Part shown: piece after piece, positions 39,876 to 50,898 of the stretch
How the letters are laid out: each line of letters begins with the position of its first letter
Position numbering within the stretch: the first letter of the stretch is position 1
Assembly (NCBI GenBank): GCA_004524445.1
Contig: SDNP01000020.1
Location: 1-57,321 of the forward strand
Direction: 5' to 3'
DNA: 57,321 bases
Source of the DNA: Candidatus Thorarchaeota archaeon
GTDB taxonomy: Archaea > Asgardarchaeota > Thorarchaeia > Thorarchaeales > Thorarchaeaceae
Position numbers and translations under genes: made by a program
The notes under the pieces: generated by a model
The model's database searches: none
Told to the model about the DNA's origin: nothing
The model's input: the letters and a program-made list of their open reading frames with translations, nothing else

Positions 39876-41207
39876 CTACATAGGCACTATGCCTGCAAAA
39901 AGCAGCAGCAAGTATACGATTACACCAATGCCCATGAGAAGTGAGTCCCTGCCAACAATTTTCAGCAATTTCTTTTCCCGTGCTGCTGTATATGCATAGA
40001 TTATCTTATTGAAAACCGACGTTGTAGTGGCGATTATGACTGCATAGACTGCTGTTGATAATGTGATGGTTCCAGTTGCGAGAGCAGGTGCAACGATTGC
40101 AACAACCGCGCCTGCTGAAACAAACCCTCCAAATACAGCTGCTATTATGATTCCCACATCACTGAAATATTGCTGAAGTAGGAGTGACATGTATGTTACA
40201 AATGTGAACACTGCGGCAAATCGAAGGGCTGCACCGAATTCGAATGGTGAAACGAATTTCGTATCGATTTCGATTTCTTGCGGCTCCTTGCGTACTCTGC
40301 TTTCATATACAAAACGAAACGCGCCAACTATAAGTAAAATAGCAATCGGAACGAGATAGAATCGAATTATCTGGAGTGTCGGATCCAGAAGAATGACAAT
40401 CACTCCATTCCGTAGAACCATTGCAAGATTTGCTAGGATTGTTGATAGAGATATCCTTCCTGGGTGTTCTCTACCCGTCTTGACATAGAAATCTGCAAGG
40501 CTTGATACTGTTGCCTCACTGTTTGCGAATCCGCCAAAGAACCCAAAGAAATACACTCCTCTATTCTTGTACTTCTTGACTAGAATGTAATTTGCAAAAC
40601 TAATCGCCAATAAGAGGACTACCAATGCATATGTCTGGAATAATGGAAATGTAACTTCTGCGAGTTCAATACTTTGTGGAATTAGAGGCCAGAAGAAGAG
40701 GATTAGGACACCCAATTCCGCAGCAGAAATCATTTCATCGCGTGTGACAACCGCAACTGCTGCAGCTATGTCCTCCTTGAATCCAAGTACTAGAAAGACA
40801 AGAAAGGCAATCGTCATTGCTAGCACCTGAAGGGTGCCTACTAACTGTCCTTCGGGCGGAGTATCAAGACCGACCAAGGCTCCCAGAACGAATGACATGG
40901 CGAAAACAAGAGAAGTTGTTAATCCCTTGCGCATTGTTCGTAAAATCTTGTATGTGACATGTAGGGACACAATTACAATGGAAATTGCCGTTCCATAAAT
41001 CAAGATGATTGGGTTTCCCGTGACTGTGAATGTATAGGCGGCTAGAGTCCCGAGTAGGCTGTGTAGACCAAATGATCGAACGCCTACTGTGGATTCTTCT
41101 ATCATCCTTTTTTGACGTTCTAAGCCAATGAGCCCACCAACTGCGAATCCGATTAAAAGGCGAAGGACTAAATTTGGGCTTAGCAGTAGGCTAGGGTCTA
41201 TTTGCAT
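39876..41207 (-). CDS. MgtC/SapB + DUF4010 membrane protein
   Basis: GGLIGLERQ, GVRSF, GLTT, GGFANSEAT, PFEFGAAL. Confidence 0.88.
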   Translation of the reverse strand: MQIDPSLLLSPNLVLRLLIGFAVGGLIGLERQKRMIEESTVGVRSFGLHSLLGTLAAYTFTVTGNPIILIYGTAISIVIVSLHVTYKILRTMRKGLTTSLVFAMSFVLGALVGLDTPPEGQLVGTLQVLAMTIAFLVFLVLGFKEDIAAAVAVVTRDEMISAAELGVLILFFWPLIPQSIELAEVTFPLFQTYALVVLLLAISFANYILVKKYKNRGVYFFGFFGGFANSEATVSSLADFYVKTGREHPGRISLSTILANLAMVLRNGVIVILLDPTLQIIRFYLVPIAILLIVGAFRFVYESRVRKEPQEIEIDTKFVSPFEFGAALRFAAVFTFVTYMSLLLQQYFSDVGIIIAAVFGGFVSAGAVVAIVAPALATGTITLSTAVYAVIIATTTSVFNKIIYAYTAAREKKLLKIVGRDSLLMGIGVIVYLLLLFAGIVPM

Positions 41208-41309
41208 CGGAAATCACGGGAAGAACCCTTGTGAATTTCCTCACATTTAAGCTGTACCATTACAGACATCACTACAGCTTTTTGAAAAAGAGAGCAAGGC
41301 TGAAGATTT

Positions 41310-41987
41310 TCAATCCAGCCTTGTATTTCTTAGAAGAACGCTCAATGGAATATCCTTGTACTCACCAGTAGGCAGAGTACGACGAACTGTCATCGGGAGA
41401 GCTCCCGATGTAAGCTCAGTTTCAGCGATGGCAAAAAGCTCTGAAGCTGCTTCACTGGTGTCTACTAGCATGGGTGCTCCCATGGATATCTGAAGCGCTC
41501 GAGCTCCTACTATACGCGCCTTCTCGAATCTAGTCAGCCACTTTGGACCAATATGAATACCAAGCTCATCTTTTTCCTTATCGAGACCAGTCACGAGACT
41601 GGTGCGCTCCATTTCAGCTTCCAATTCCTCCGCAGGTGGCATACCCACGGTTTCAGGGTCAGGCTCTTGAGCTCGCCTTCTCCTTGCTCTTCTTGCTCTG
41701 GCTCTAGCTCTGAGGTCCAGAGACCCCTTTCTCCGAAGAACTTTGCGTAGTTTTCTAGCTTCGGTGATGACTTCTTCAGCTTTTGAAATGCTAATTCCAG
41801 ATACTGCCTCTGCCATTGCCTCAGCCTCGGCTTCAGCCAAGCTGTCTACTGTATTGTAGTCTTCATCGAATAGCTTCTGAACTGTCTTTGGACCTATTCC
41901 TGGAATATGTTCAAAGATTTCCTTTGTTCTCTCTTTCGAGAGATCCAGTTCTTTTTTGTCATCATCGTTCTTGGGGTCTTCTGGCAT
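41310..41987 (-). CDS. rpoK: RNA polymerase subunit Rpo6/K with N-terminal helix-hairpin-helix extension
   Basis: [22 protein letters not shown]...[10 protein letters not shown]; N-terminal IPGIGPK and VSGISISKA HhH motifs. Confidence 0.93.
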   Translation of the reverse strand: MPEDPKNDDDKKELDLSKERTKEIFEHIPGIGPKTVQKLFDEDYNTVDSLAEAEAEAMAEAVSGISISKAEEVITEARKLRKVLRRKGSLDLRARARARRARRRRAQEPDPETVGMPPAEELEAEMERTSLVTGLDKEKDELGIHIGPKWLTRFEKARIVGARALQISMGAPMLVDTSEAASELFAIAETELTSGALPMTVRRTLPTGEYKDIPLSVLLRNTRLD

Positions 41988-42010
41988 TTATGGTACACCT
42001 TCAACTGATT

Positions 42011-43639
42011 CTATTCTTCGTCGAAGTCTTCTCCACCTGGGCCACCGCCCATGCCGCCGCCGCCCTTTGAGCTAATAACGTCATCAATTTTTAGAATCAT
42101 TTGTGCAGCCTCAGCAGCTGACATAATGATTTGCCTGTTAACGAGTGCCGACTCAACAACTTTCGCCTTCTTCATGTCACGGACCTTACCGCCGAGCACG
42201 TCGACACCATATGTCAATTTACCTTCTGAATGAGCGGATCGCAAAGCAACTAGAATGTCTATTGGGTCCAGACCTCCATTCTCAGCAAGCGTGGAAGGCA
42301 AAGACTCGATGGCATCTGCGAATGCGTTCACAGCATATTGCTCACGACCAACAAGAGTTGATGCATAACTACGAAGTTCCTTGGCAATCTCTGCAGCAAG
42401 TGCTCCGCCACCATATGTAACCTCTGGCTGAACGACTATGTTACGAACCACATAGAGCGCGTCATTCAAAGTCCTGTCGACCTCGTCAACAATATGGTCT
42501 GTGCCTCCCCTTACCATAATTGTTGCAACTGATGACTTTGGAGTTCCCTCTATGAACAACATCTTGTCATCACTGATTAATCGCTGCTCGACAATCTTGG
42601 CCTTTCCAAGATCATCCTTTGTTAAGTTCTTGAGCTTCGAAACAATGCTGGCTCCGGTGGCTTTATGCAATCTCTCTATGTCTGATTTCTTTATACGTCG
42701 AACCGCAAGGATGCCGTTCTTAGCCAAGTAGTGTTGAGCTACATCGTCGATGCCCTTCTGTGCAATGACTACTGTAGCACCAACGTCGATTATCTTCTGA
42801 ACCATATCCTTGAGCATTTTCTCTTCTTCGTCAAGGAAATTCTGCATCGCCGTTGGATCACTAATTGAAATCTTTGCATCAAATTCGGTCTTAGTAACCT
42901 CAAGTGGAGACTCTAGCAACACGATTTTTGCATTGGTCACCTTCTTAGGCATGCCCGGATGTACTATCTCTTTGTCAAGAACAATACCGTTGATGAGTTC
43001 AGTTCTAGATACTTCCAGACCCTTCTGTTTTTGCCTGGGGATATTATCCATATCAAATTCTGCTTCTGGATCTCTTCCTTTTTCAACTGCCAAGACAGCA
43101 TCGACTACAACCTTTGCTAAATGGTCGCGTGATGCGGAAACAAACTTGCTTGACATGGCTGTCATTGCTGCATCGATTAGAATCTTTTTGAATTTCGGGT
43201 CCTCTTTGTCGAGCTTCTCAGAAACGTCATCAATTACTTTGAGGGCCTTCTCTGTAGCCTTCCGGTATCCACTGATAATTGTAGTTGGATGAATCTTCTG
43301 GTCCAGCAGTTCCTCCGCTAGACGCAATAGGTCTCCCGTAAGAACTGTTGCGGTTGTGGTTCCATCTCCAGCCTCTTGGTCAACGGTCTTTGCAACTTCA
43401 ATCACCATCTTGGCTGCAGGATGTGCTACATCCATTTCCTTCAAAATTGTTGCACCGTCACTAGTCACAGTGACATCTCCGAAGCCATCAACAAGCATCT
43501 TGTCCATTCCTTTTGGACCAAGTGCAGACTTGACAGCTTCAGCAATCACAACGGCCGCCATGATATTGTTGCGCTGTGCATCGCGGCCCCTGGTTCTTTC
43601 AGTGTCCTCTCTTAATACAAGGATAGGTACTTGACTCAT
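42011..43639 (-). CDS. Thermosome (group II chaperonin) subunit
   Basis: [23 protein letters not shown], Gly/Met-rich tail. Confidence 0.97.
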   Translation of the reverse strand: MSQVPILVLREDTERTRGRDAQRNNIMAAVVIAEAVKSALGPKGMDKMLVDGFGDVTVTSDGATILKEMDVAHPAAKMVIEVAKTVDQEAGDGTTTATVLTGDLLRLAEELLDQKIHPTTIISGYRKATEKALKVIDDVSEKLDKEDPKFKKILIDAAMTAMSSKFVSASRDHLAKVVVDAVLAVEKGRDPEAEFDMDNIPRQKQKGLEVSRTELINGIVLDKEIVHPGMPKKVTNAKIVLLESPLEVTKTEFDAKISISDPTAMQNFLDEEEKMLKDMVQKIIDVGATVVIAQKGIDDVAQHYLAKNGILAVRRIKKSDIERLHKATGASIVSKLKNLTKDDLGKAKIVEQRLISDDKMLFIEGTPKSSVATIMVRGGTDHIVDEVDRTLNDALYVVRNIVVQPEVTYGGGALAAEIAKELRSYASTLVGREQYAVNAFADAIESLPSTLAENGGLDPIDILVALRSAHSEGKLTYGVDVLGGKVRDMKKAKVVESALVNRQIIMSAAEAAQMILKIDDVISSKGGGGMGGGPGGEDFDEE

Positions 43640-43801
43640 GATTTATTCCTCCATACTAGCCTGTGCTTTTTTAGCTAGTGTGACAAAACTGTACATGCAC
43701 TTCGCATCATTTTTTTGCATTTAAAGATTGTCTTACACACTTGTCTTGTCAAGTGAGAGGCGAGTCTAATGGAATAAAAAGCTTGCCAACTAGCAATGCT
43801 A

Positions 43802-44722
43802 TCAATTTGGTATTGATGGACGACGCAAAACAACATTGTCTCCCTGCTTGGCACCTATTGCACGGGAAATATGCGCGCATTTGGCTCTTGTAATGTAATA
43901 GGTTTCGACGTTCATCTCCCTTTGAATCTCAGGAAAAGTTTCTATATTTGCCTGGCCCTTGGATATAACCAAATCTGAGGCCCGTATTTTTTCTAGGAAT
44001 CCTGTGCTAACCCACTTTAGAGGTACTCCGTGTGCCCAGGCACCAGTATCAATTATCTCTGCGTACTTCTCAATTTCGGTACCCTCAACATCCTCCCTTG
44101 TAACATCATTTACCATTGCTCTCCCTTTTACAACATATGTGATACTCCAGCCAAGATTCTTAACGAGCCGAAGCAGGGGGATGTCAAACAGATTCTCGCC
44201 GGCATTATCTGCCAAAAATGAAACCCGACCTGGTGCTGATTTCAGAGATTGCCACAGATACTCTGAGTCGTCGATAGTAAAACCATCATCCAGAATGTCC
44301 TTGAAGACTTCAGAAAGCTTGTTCAAATTTGGTCGATGACCTGCCGTATTGAAGTCAATGAAATTTCCCGCTATCGATGCCGCTAGAGATGCTCGCAATC
44401 TAGGATAACCATCATATTGGTCAATTCTATCCATCACAAGTGGAAGTGCCAGTCTTGCAGCTTCTATGCTCTGATCCTTTATCCTTCGGTAAGGGTCTTT
44501 TTTTCCCGCCTTTGTGTAAAGATCTCGATATAGTTCGATGGATAGGGGTGCAGGTGGTTTCTTCTTGGCATATCCCTCGGACAATTTCTTATAGGCAAGA
44601 CTGAGGAGTTCATATTGCTCATCACTATCATCACTAAGCAACGGTATGAGAGTTTGGAGGCTATTGAGAATGCAGGCTGAGCATTCTGGAATCAAAGGCA
44701 CATCTATTTGGTCGATGTTCAA
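43802..44722 (-). CDS. DUF89/ARMT1-like damage-control phosphatase
   Basis: ECSAC, DPY, AGNFID, DNAGE, VNDVT, SKGQAN. Confidence 0.9.
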   Translation of the reverse strand: MNIDQIDVPLIPECSACILNSLQTLIPLLSDDSDEQYELLSLAYKKLSEGYAKKKPPAPLSIELYRDLYTKAGKKDPYRRIKDQSIEAARLALPLVMDRIDQYDGYPRLRASLAASIAGNFIDFNTAGHRPNLNKLSEVFKDILDDGFTIDDSEYLWQSLKSAPGRVSFLADNAGENLFDIPLLRLVKNLGWSITYVVKGRAMVNDVTREDVEGTEIEKYAEIIDTGAWAHGVPLKWVSTGFLEKIRASDLVISKGQANIETFPEIQREMNVETYYITRAKCAHISRAIGAKQGDNVVLRRPSIPN

Positions 44723-44726
44723 AGGT

Positions 44727-45266
44727 TTATTCCTCTGGTTGATGTTTTTTGACCATTAAGAGGGCATCCTCGCCATCCCGATAATACCCCTTCAGAGTCC
44801 GCTTTATCTCAAATCCCAGGTTTTCATACACTGATATAGCATCTTTGTTGGTTTCTCTTACTTCCAAGAAGAACTCACTGGCTCCATACTCAACCATGCC
44901 CTCCATTGCCGCTTCAATGAGTGCTGAACCAATTCCCTGATTGCGGCATTCCGGCTTTACGGCAACTGAAACAATATGGCCCTTTTTCGTAGGTAATTTT
45001 CCAAAACTGGAAAGTCCACGTTCTATTCGGCACATGATGTAGCCACAGAGTTCATCCTCTCCCTTACTTTCAGCAACAATGAACGCATCGGGGGCGTGAT
45101 AATGCAGCCCTAGAAAAAATTGGTCGGGATAGTTTTCAGGAAGACAAATTCTATTTATGCCCACAACTGACCTGATATCCTCCTTTTGGAACTTTCTGAT
45201 TTCAATCTGTTGTTCCGTTTGTAGTCCCTCCAAGATTTGTGGGCGGTCGTTTTGGGTATAAGGCAT
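44727..45266 (-). CDS. ard1: N-terminal acetyltransferase Ard1/RimI family
   Basis: INRICLPENY, GYIMCRIE, GHIVSVAV, LEVRETN, YYRDGEDA. Confidence 0.9.
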   Translation of the reverse strand: MPYTQNDRPQILEGLQTEQQIEIRKFQKEDIRSVVGINRICLPENYPDQFFLGLHYHAPDAFIVAESKGEDELCGYIMCRIERGLSSFGKLPTKKGHIVSVAVKPECRNQGIGSALIEAAMEGMVEYGASEFFLEVRETNKDAISVYENLGFEIKRTLKGYYRDGEDALLMVKKHQPEE

Positions 45267-45314
45267 CTTTTATGGATTTTGTAAATGACATCTCCATATT
45301 AAAACAAAATAGTA

Positions 45315-46058
45315 TTAATTCCCATGCCTATCCAGCCATCTACGGACCTCTTCATAGTCTATGCTAGATGTTTCTTTATTCGCTGCTCTAACCCAATTCT
45401 CCACACGATTACTATCAATTGAATACCCTTTTGGAAAATCTAGCTCCCCTGTCTTTACAGCTTCCATAATGTCTTGGAGTATCACATTTGGATCCGCCAT
45501 TGAAAGGTCCACGATGCTGGTTATACCTGCACCGTATGTTACTGCCCTTGCATCCGCTATCCATCGCTGGGCAATTTGCTTATCAATGCTACAGATTCGC
45601 ATGATCTCACTAGCCGTGACTACCGATAAATCTTCCAAATCCCTGATTTCGTGCCTCTCGAGTTTCAAGGCGCATTCCTTCCTCAAGCCTTCAACAATTG
45701 TAACTGGAATGGTTTCATCTAGATCGCTTAGAGAAAGCTCCGGAAAGGGTTCGCTTTCGTATTTAGTTTCCTCCAGTTCATCAAATATTACCTGTCTTAT
45801 GCGTTCCTCAAATTCACTCAAGTCCTCGTTGCCTCTCCTATAAATTACTCTTCGAGGCCTGTGGACATGATATTCCATTGACGGGATTTTTTCTCTTAGC
45901 TTTCTGCAGAACCAACCAACCCATAGCAGCATGGTGGTCAAGAGCATGAGTACAGATAATAATGTAGCAGTCCACCAAAGCAGTATTGCTGCAATAAGCA
46001 ATGCAAATGATATCACCGCGATACTTGTTTCGGATGTAAACGATTTGTTGCTGGACAT
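45315..46058 (-). CDS. Membrane-anchored DUF4332-like (HhH) protein
   Basis: N-terminal TM segment; VEGL...LERHEIRDLEDL...WI; AGITSIVDLSMADP...VENWVRAA. Confidence 0.65.
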   Translation of the reverse strand: MSSNKSFTSETSIAVISFALLIAAILLWWTATLLSVLMLLTTMLLWVGWFCRKLREKIPSMEYHVHRPRRVIYRRGNEDLSEFEERIRQVIFDELEETKYESEPFPELSLSDLDETIPVTIVEGLRKECALKLERHEIRDLEDLSVVTASEIMRICSIDKQIAQRWIADARAVTYGAGITSIVDLSMADPNVILQDIMEAVKTGELDFPKGYSIDSNRVENWVRAANKETSSIDYEEVRRWLDRHGN

Positions 46059-46151
46059 TGGTACAATCTCAATTTGTTATGGTTCTATTAACAAAATCTA
46101 CTCTTATAAGCAATAAGAGAAAGGCAGTTTGCTATATCCAATATCTTATGA

Positions 46152-46745
46152 ATGGACTCGGAGCGGTTTCTAATTATGAGCGTTATTGTCATTGGTGGTA
46201 ACCCAGGCACCGGAAAGACTATGATTGCAGCTGAGCTGTCAAAGAAACTGGAACTTCCTGTAGTTCAACTTGGTACAATAGCAGAGGAAAACGGGTGCAT
46301 AAGAGAACATGATGATCAACGCTCATCAAATGTGATTGACGAAGACTGCTTGGTGGAGGCAATCCATAATCTATTCTATGAAAATGACGAGGACTTTATC
46401 ATCGAGGGCCATTATGTAGATCTAGTTCCCAGTAGGAAGGTGAAGGAGATCATCATCCTCAGAACGCATCCGGATGTGCTCAGAGAACGGCTTCTTGAGC
46501 GAGGTTATGATAAAGCTAAGGTGAACGAAAATGTAGAGGCAGAGGTCATGGGCGTGTGTCAGATGGATGCAATCTTCTCTTTTGGCGAAGATGCCGTATA
46601 CGAGATTGACACAACATCCATATCTGTTGACGAATGCGTGAATACAATCATCGAGATTCTAGGTTCCAACAAGAAGCCGGAGCATATCGATTGGATGGAC
46701 CTCTTAGAGGAGCAGGGTATTCTCGAAGATTATATCTCTCTATAG
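46152..46745 (+). CDS. Adenylate kinase AK6/Fap7 family
   Basis: GNPGTGKT, IEGH, LRERLLERGY...KVNENVEAE; start may be at 46176. Confidence 0.92.
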   Translation: MDSERFLIMSVIVIGGNPGTGKTMIAAELSKKLELPVVQLGTIAEENGCIREHDDQRSSNVIDEDCLVEAIHNLFYENDEDFIIEGHYVDLVPSRKVKEIIILRTHPDVLRERLLERGYDKAKVNENVEAEVMGVCQMDAIFSFGEDAVYEIDTTSISVDECVNTIIEILGSNKKPEHIDWMDLLEEQGILEDYISL

Positions 46746-46746
46746 G

Positions 46747-47352
46747 TTATTCTTTCTCTCGTAACGCTATTGATAGCATAGCAACGAACCCCATGATCAT
46801 CATTGACAAAGGAGTTCCTGTTGCACTAATCTGTCCGACAAGATTTGGGTCCGCGGTGACAGCAAATGTCACCAAGAAGAACACATATGCTCCAGACATC
46901 ATCATCAGCATCCCCGGAATAACCGAAAGATATGTGGCTCGTGGATCATTGTAAGCGAAGACGCCTAGGATTATCATCACGATTCCTGCTACTAGTGGAA
47001 ACATGAAGAAAACATTGCCTTGAGTAACCATTGCATCAAAAAAGGTATCAAATCCATACACACGTGTTTCTTGATTCATCACCACCAGGAACTCGGTCCA
47101 GATAGATAGAATCCCTGAAACAATCAACAAAGCAGCTGGCCATCTATAATGTATTAAACCCAATTCGCGTTTTCTGAGTTGCTTCTTGAGTTCCCTCGCT
47201 CTTCTTAGCCTCTCAGCTTCTTTTTCTTCCTCAATTTCACGCTCTCTTGTCGTTAGGCCATCTTCTGCTTTTTCTTCATCGTCCACAGCTCGAACAATCT
47301 CCTCTGCCATTTCTTCAGAATCATCAGAGCTGCCTGAGGTTTCTTCTGTCAT
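46747..47352 (-). CDS. Hypothetical membrane protein (acidic/coiled N-terminus, four TM helices)
   Basis: ORF composition. Confidence 0.7.
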   Translation of the reverse strand: MTEETSGSSDDSEEMAEEIVRAVDDEEKAEDGLTTREREIEEEKEAERLRRARELKKQLRKRELGLIHYRWPAALLIVSGILSIWTEFLVVMNQETRVYGFDTFFDAMVTQGNVFFMFPLVAGIVMIILGVFAYNDPRATYLSVIPGMLMMMSGAYVFFLVTFAVTADPNLVGQISATGTPLSMMIMGFVAMLSIALREKE

Positions 47353-47408
47353 CTGAACTCAACTCTCAACTTGTCTGGAATTATATAAGCATCAGTGTCT
47401 ACGTAGAA

Positions 47409-49205
47409 TTATGCCATGCGGGGTGCGCGTTCAATCTCGAGTACCTTCGGGTGATTGAGGATTTTTCGGATAACCGGCTCAATCCCTGAATTTTGCAGTT
47501 TGGTAATGAACTCAACTGTTTTTTGCCTGCTGATTGCTTTTATTGAGGACACTATTTCTTCTCTAAGCTCCCTCTCAATATCCAAGTAGTCTGAGTATAC
47601 TAACGCGTTGGCAGTGTTGTCAATGAAATTAATCCTATCCCGACACACCCCAGGTGAACCAAGAAGCTGTTGCATTATATTAAAAAGTCTCGAGTATGTT
47701 TCAGCAGCATCTGGATACACCACTGGAAACCGCTCAAGAATACCGGTATTCATGCAGGTTGTGTATTTTGAATAATTGGTCAGATATCTAATTGAGATAT
47801 ATTTCGCAATTCTGGAATTCAGAATCAGACCGATTGTTTCCATTTGATAATCTGGATTGGCAATTGAAATCCGAACCACGCCTCCTCCATGCAGATATCC
47901 TCTCGGCTTCATCACACATCTTGGATAAGCTAGATTCTTGGTTGCTATGAGGAACTTCTCTCCAATCTCCCCCATATGTTTCTTAGAAGTCTTATACCAA
48001 TCGTCAGTGTATTTCATCCACTTCTCGACAAGCTCGTATCGACCGATACTCCGCCCTTTTGTTGCAAACGGAGTTAGAAACTCTCCTTCTTTTGTCCTCC
48101 GTAGGTGTTTAGAGGGGATATCCCTGCCTCGGGACCCAGAGAGGATATTTGTTTCACCCAGCTCAATGAGCCTCTCATAGAAATCGTCTTGATATAAGGA
48201 AATAATGGTGGATGGGTCAATATGCCTACGCGGAATCCAGTGCCTTCCCTCTAGTTCTTCCCGTTTGGATAGAATCTCCAATGGATGTCCGTTTCCTTTA
48301 TTTCTTTTAGAACAGAAGAGTGTGATCATCTCAAGCGTGACATCATCCCAGGCCTTTCCCTCGTCAACTATTTCCCATGGATGCAATTTTCCGAAAATGA
48401 ACTTCCGAATTTTCTCGAATTGTCCCACACGTAGGAAACTGTTTGGTAAGATTAGTCCCATTTGCCCATGTTCAGATAATAACATGGCAGAGCGAACAAC
48501 AAATAAGCAAGCGATATTCCAGGAGCCATTTCGTCCGCTGACTACATCTAGGGGATAACTTCCTAGAATTTGCTGCCTCTCGTCTTTGCTCATTATATTT
48601 CCGTATGGAGGGTTAGCAATTATCACATCGAATCCATGTCTACGACTTTGGAATGCTTGGGGGAACTCTTGGTTCCAATGGAATGGACTCGACTTGGTGT
48701 TTATGTCTGTCGAAGGCATGCATTCAGTAATTATATCGCCTGTATCTAGATGACCGATTAGACTATTTCCCTGTTTGATATTCTCGTGAATCTTTGCGGA
48801 AAGAGTCGAGTCACTCTCACTAGAATCGATATCGCACCAGCTCAGAAGAAGTCGCCGTGTTTTTCTAGTGGGAAGGGAAAGGAGTTCCACTCCGAATAGA
48901 TTACGTTTCACGATGTGCGCCTTGATTTCTTCAGGCGGTCGGGTATCTCCATATCTCTGTCGCATTTTGAGAAGATACTCTCCTGCTGCAAGAAGAAAGA
49001 CGCCTTCTCCGACTGCGGGGTCTAGAATTCTTATTCCGTCAATCAGACTCTGTGATACTCTTGCATTCTCGTCAGCATCAGCAATTTGCGTGAGAAGGGA
49101 ATGCTTGGACGCGTGAGTGAGATAGGCCTCAATAGTATTTTCAGCTATGTATCCTGCAATATCCTCGGGGGTATAGAATGAACCTGTGGGCTTATCCCCA
49201 TTCAT
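47409..49205 (-). CDS. Amino-DNA methyltransferase (gamma class, TaqI/Eco57I-like)
   Basis: GSFYTP, LDPAVGEGVFL (motif I), GNSL, IANPPY (motif IV), C-terminal TRD-like region. Confidence 0.9.
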   Translation of the reverse strand: MNGDKPTGSFYTPEDIAGYIAENTIEAYLTHASKHSLLTQIADADENARVSQSLIDGIRILDPAVGEGVFLLAAGEYLLKMRQRYGDTRPPEEIKAHIVKRNLFGVELLSLPTRKTRRLLLSWCDIDSSESDSTLSAKIHENIKQGNSLIGHLDTGDIITECMPSTDINTKSSPFHWNQEFPQAFQSRRHGFDVIIANPPYGNIMSKDERQQILGSYPLDVVSGRNGSWNIACLFVVRSAMLLSEHGQMGLILPNSFLRVGQFEKIRKFIFGKLHPWEIVDEGKAWDDVTLEMITLFCSKRNKGNGHPLEILSKREELEGRHWIPRRHIDPSTIISLYQDDFYERLIELGETNILSGSRGRDIPSKHLRRTKEGEFLTPFATKGRSIGRYELVEKWMKYTDDWYKTSKKHMGEIGEKFLIATKNLAYPRCVMKPRGYLHGGGVVRISIANPDYQMETIGLILNSRIAKYISIRYLTNYSKYTTCMNTGILERFPVVYPDAAETYSRLFNIMQQLLGSPGVCRDRINFIDNTANALVYSDYLDIERELREEIVSSIKAISRQKTVEFITKLQNSGIEPVIRKILNHPKVLEIERAPRMA

Positions 49206-49373
49206 TGTCGTCAGATGCTGCAATGTAAGGCATATCTCCAATACTTGAAGAATCAGCCTAGCAATTTGAAACGAGGTAACACAGGGGCATCATAGACTAA
49301 GTGTATTATAGACTGGAATATCGAATGGATAAAATGTGGATCGTGTTAAAGAAAAGAGATATGGAGGAGAAAA

Positions 49374-49387
49374 GGGGCTTGTGCCCC
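49374..49387 (-). terminator. Hairpin plus pyrimidine tract after the SPFH gene
   Basis: GGGGC-4nt-GCCCC, followed on the minus strand by TTTTCTCCTCC. Confidence 0.5.
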
Positions 49388-49410
49388 AACTAATTCTCCT
49401 GCTTGTTGGT

Positions 49411-50289
49411 TTACCCTATCTTAGTCCCGCAGTTCGGACAGAACTTAGCGCCGTCGAGTTTCTGCCCACAGTTCGGACAGAACTTTGCTCCTGCTGGAGC
49501 TGAACCTCCACCTTGGCCTTGTCCTGACATCTGTGCACCCATGGCACCCATCATTGCTGCACCCGCACCAAATCCTGCACCAGGGCTTTTTCCAATAGAT
49601 GAAGCAGCATCTTTCATGGTTTCTGACCCTATGACTTGTTGACCACTAACTCCACCGGTTCGCAGCCAGAAGAGTCGCTCACGGTATTTCTCTGTGGTGT
49701 CAATGCCTTCAAATTTCAGGTCTACGAGCTCCAGGCCAATACGCTCAAAGTTCATTCTTACTTTGGTCTTGACCTTCATTGAAGTCTCATCCAGCTGGGT
49801 GAATACAGCCTGTAGGTCATAATGTGCAAATTCATCGATGATGCGTTCATTCATGAACGACCTGAGAAAGTCGTTGATTTTCTTGGTAGTAAAGGCGTTC
49901 TGATTCCCAATTACTTCTGTGACGAAAATCTTGGGTTCCTTGATTCTAAACCAGAAGTTGCCGTGAAACATGAGAGGCGCAAGATCGCTTGTCTGGCCTC
50001 GTCCACCAAATTTACCTTGGAACTGACCCCGAGATACGAAAATACAGGTGGCCTGGAATACATCGCCCTTGACTTTCTTTTGGAGCCAGCCAACGAAAGA
50101 AGGCATGCTGCTTGTCGTAAGCTTGTGTCTGCCTGCGAGGAAAGTGTCCAGGGCCTTGCCATCTCTGTAAAAGATTGCCGCTTGATTCTCCATGACAACC
50201 AATTGGGAGCCCCACTCGATTCTGTTATCTGGATACCGCCAAACTAATTGGTCCGGCCCAGCATTTGTCCATTCTATAGCATCAGCCAT
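49411..50289 (-). CDS. SPFH/Band-7 domain protein (YdjI-like) with C-terminal zinc ribbons
   Basis: LVWRYP...GSQLVVMENQAA...DG...GRH; KFCPNCG twice. Confidence 0.9.
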   Translation of the reverse strand: MADAIEWTNAGPDQLVWRYPDNRIEWGSQLVVMENQAAIFYRDGKALDTFLAGRHKLTTSSMPSFVGWLQKKVKGDVFQATCIFVSRGQFQGKFGGRGQTSDLAPLMFHGNFWFRIKEPKIFVTEVIGNQNAFTTKKINDFLRSFMNERIIDEFAHYDLQAVFTQLDETSMKVKTKVRMNFERIGLELVDLKFEGIDTTEKYRERLFWLRTGGVSGQQVIGSETMKDAASSIGKSPGAGFGAGAAMMGAMGAQMSGQGQGGGSAPAGAKFCPNCGQKLDGAKFCPNCGTKIG

Positions 50290-50435
50290 ACTAAATACAC
50301 CCGTAAGTAATTCGAGTTCTGAATGGTTACTACGTGGAGTGGTTTTAAACGTTCACATGCTATAGTAAACGAGCCAAATTTCATTGCAAACACGTTCTAA
50401 GTTATTAGGCAAGATGCGGAAGTACCGTAGGAGTC

Positions 50436-50894
50436 GTGCATTTGAAGCCCACCCATGATAAAAGCGGTATAGAAGGATCCGATCCGGAGGAAGACAAAGA
50501 ACCAAAACGAAGGTCCTTCAATTTCATGAGAAGCTACATAGAAATTGGCGCTGGTATAATTGGTAGTTACGTCCTACTCTATGTTGTCGGCTATTTCGCT
50601 TTGATAACTTTGATGCTCTTCATAATCGTCATGATTGCTCGAGAAACCGTCTACATTCTAGAGAACTATGATTACGGATTTGTCCGAAAGGCTTCGGTTT
50701 TCAATGCGATTCACGCTATAGGATGGTTTGCTGTGTTGGCCATCAATGCAATCACACTGATTGAAGACGGCACCCCTCTGATTTTGCCGCAAATTCCAAC
50801 CTTGACAAATATGGCTCCCTTATTCATCTTGATGGCGCTATTTGGTTCTAGAAATATCAGTGCAATATACGTTCCGGACAAAAAGCAATCATGA
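50436..50894 (+). CDS. Hypothetical membrane protein
   Basis: Three to four TM helices. Confidence 0.65.
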   Translation: MHLKPTHDKSGIEGSDPEEDKEPKRRSFNFMRSYIEIGAGIIGSYVLLYVVGYFALITLMLFIIVMIARETVYILENYDYGFVRKASVFNAIHAIGWFAVLAINAITLIEDGTPLILPQIPTLTNMAPLFILMALFGSRNISAIYVPDKKQS

Positions 50895-50898
50895 ATTC

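Noticed and set aside
49429-49486. Direct repeat CAGTTCGGACAGAACTT
   Set aside because: It encodes the two KFCPNCG zinc-ribbon knuckles of the SPFH protein. There are only two copies, so it is not a CRISPR array
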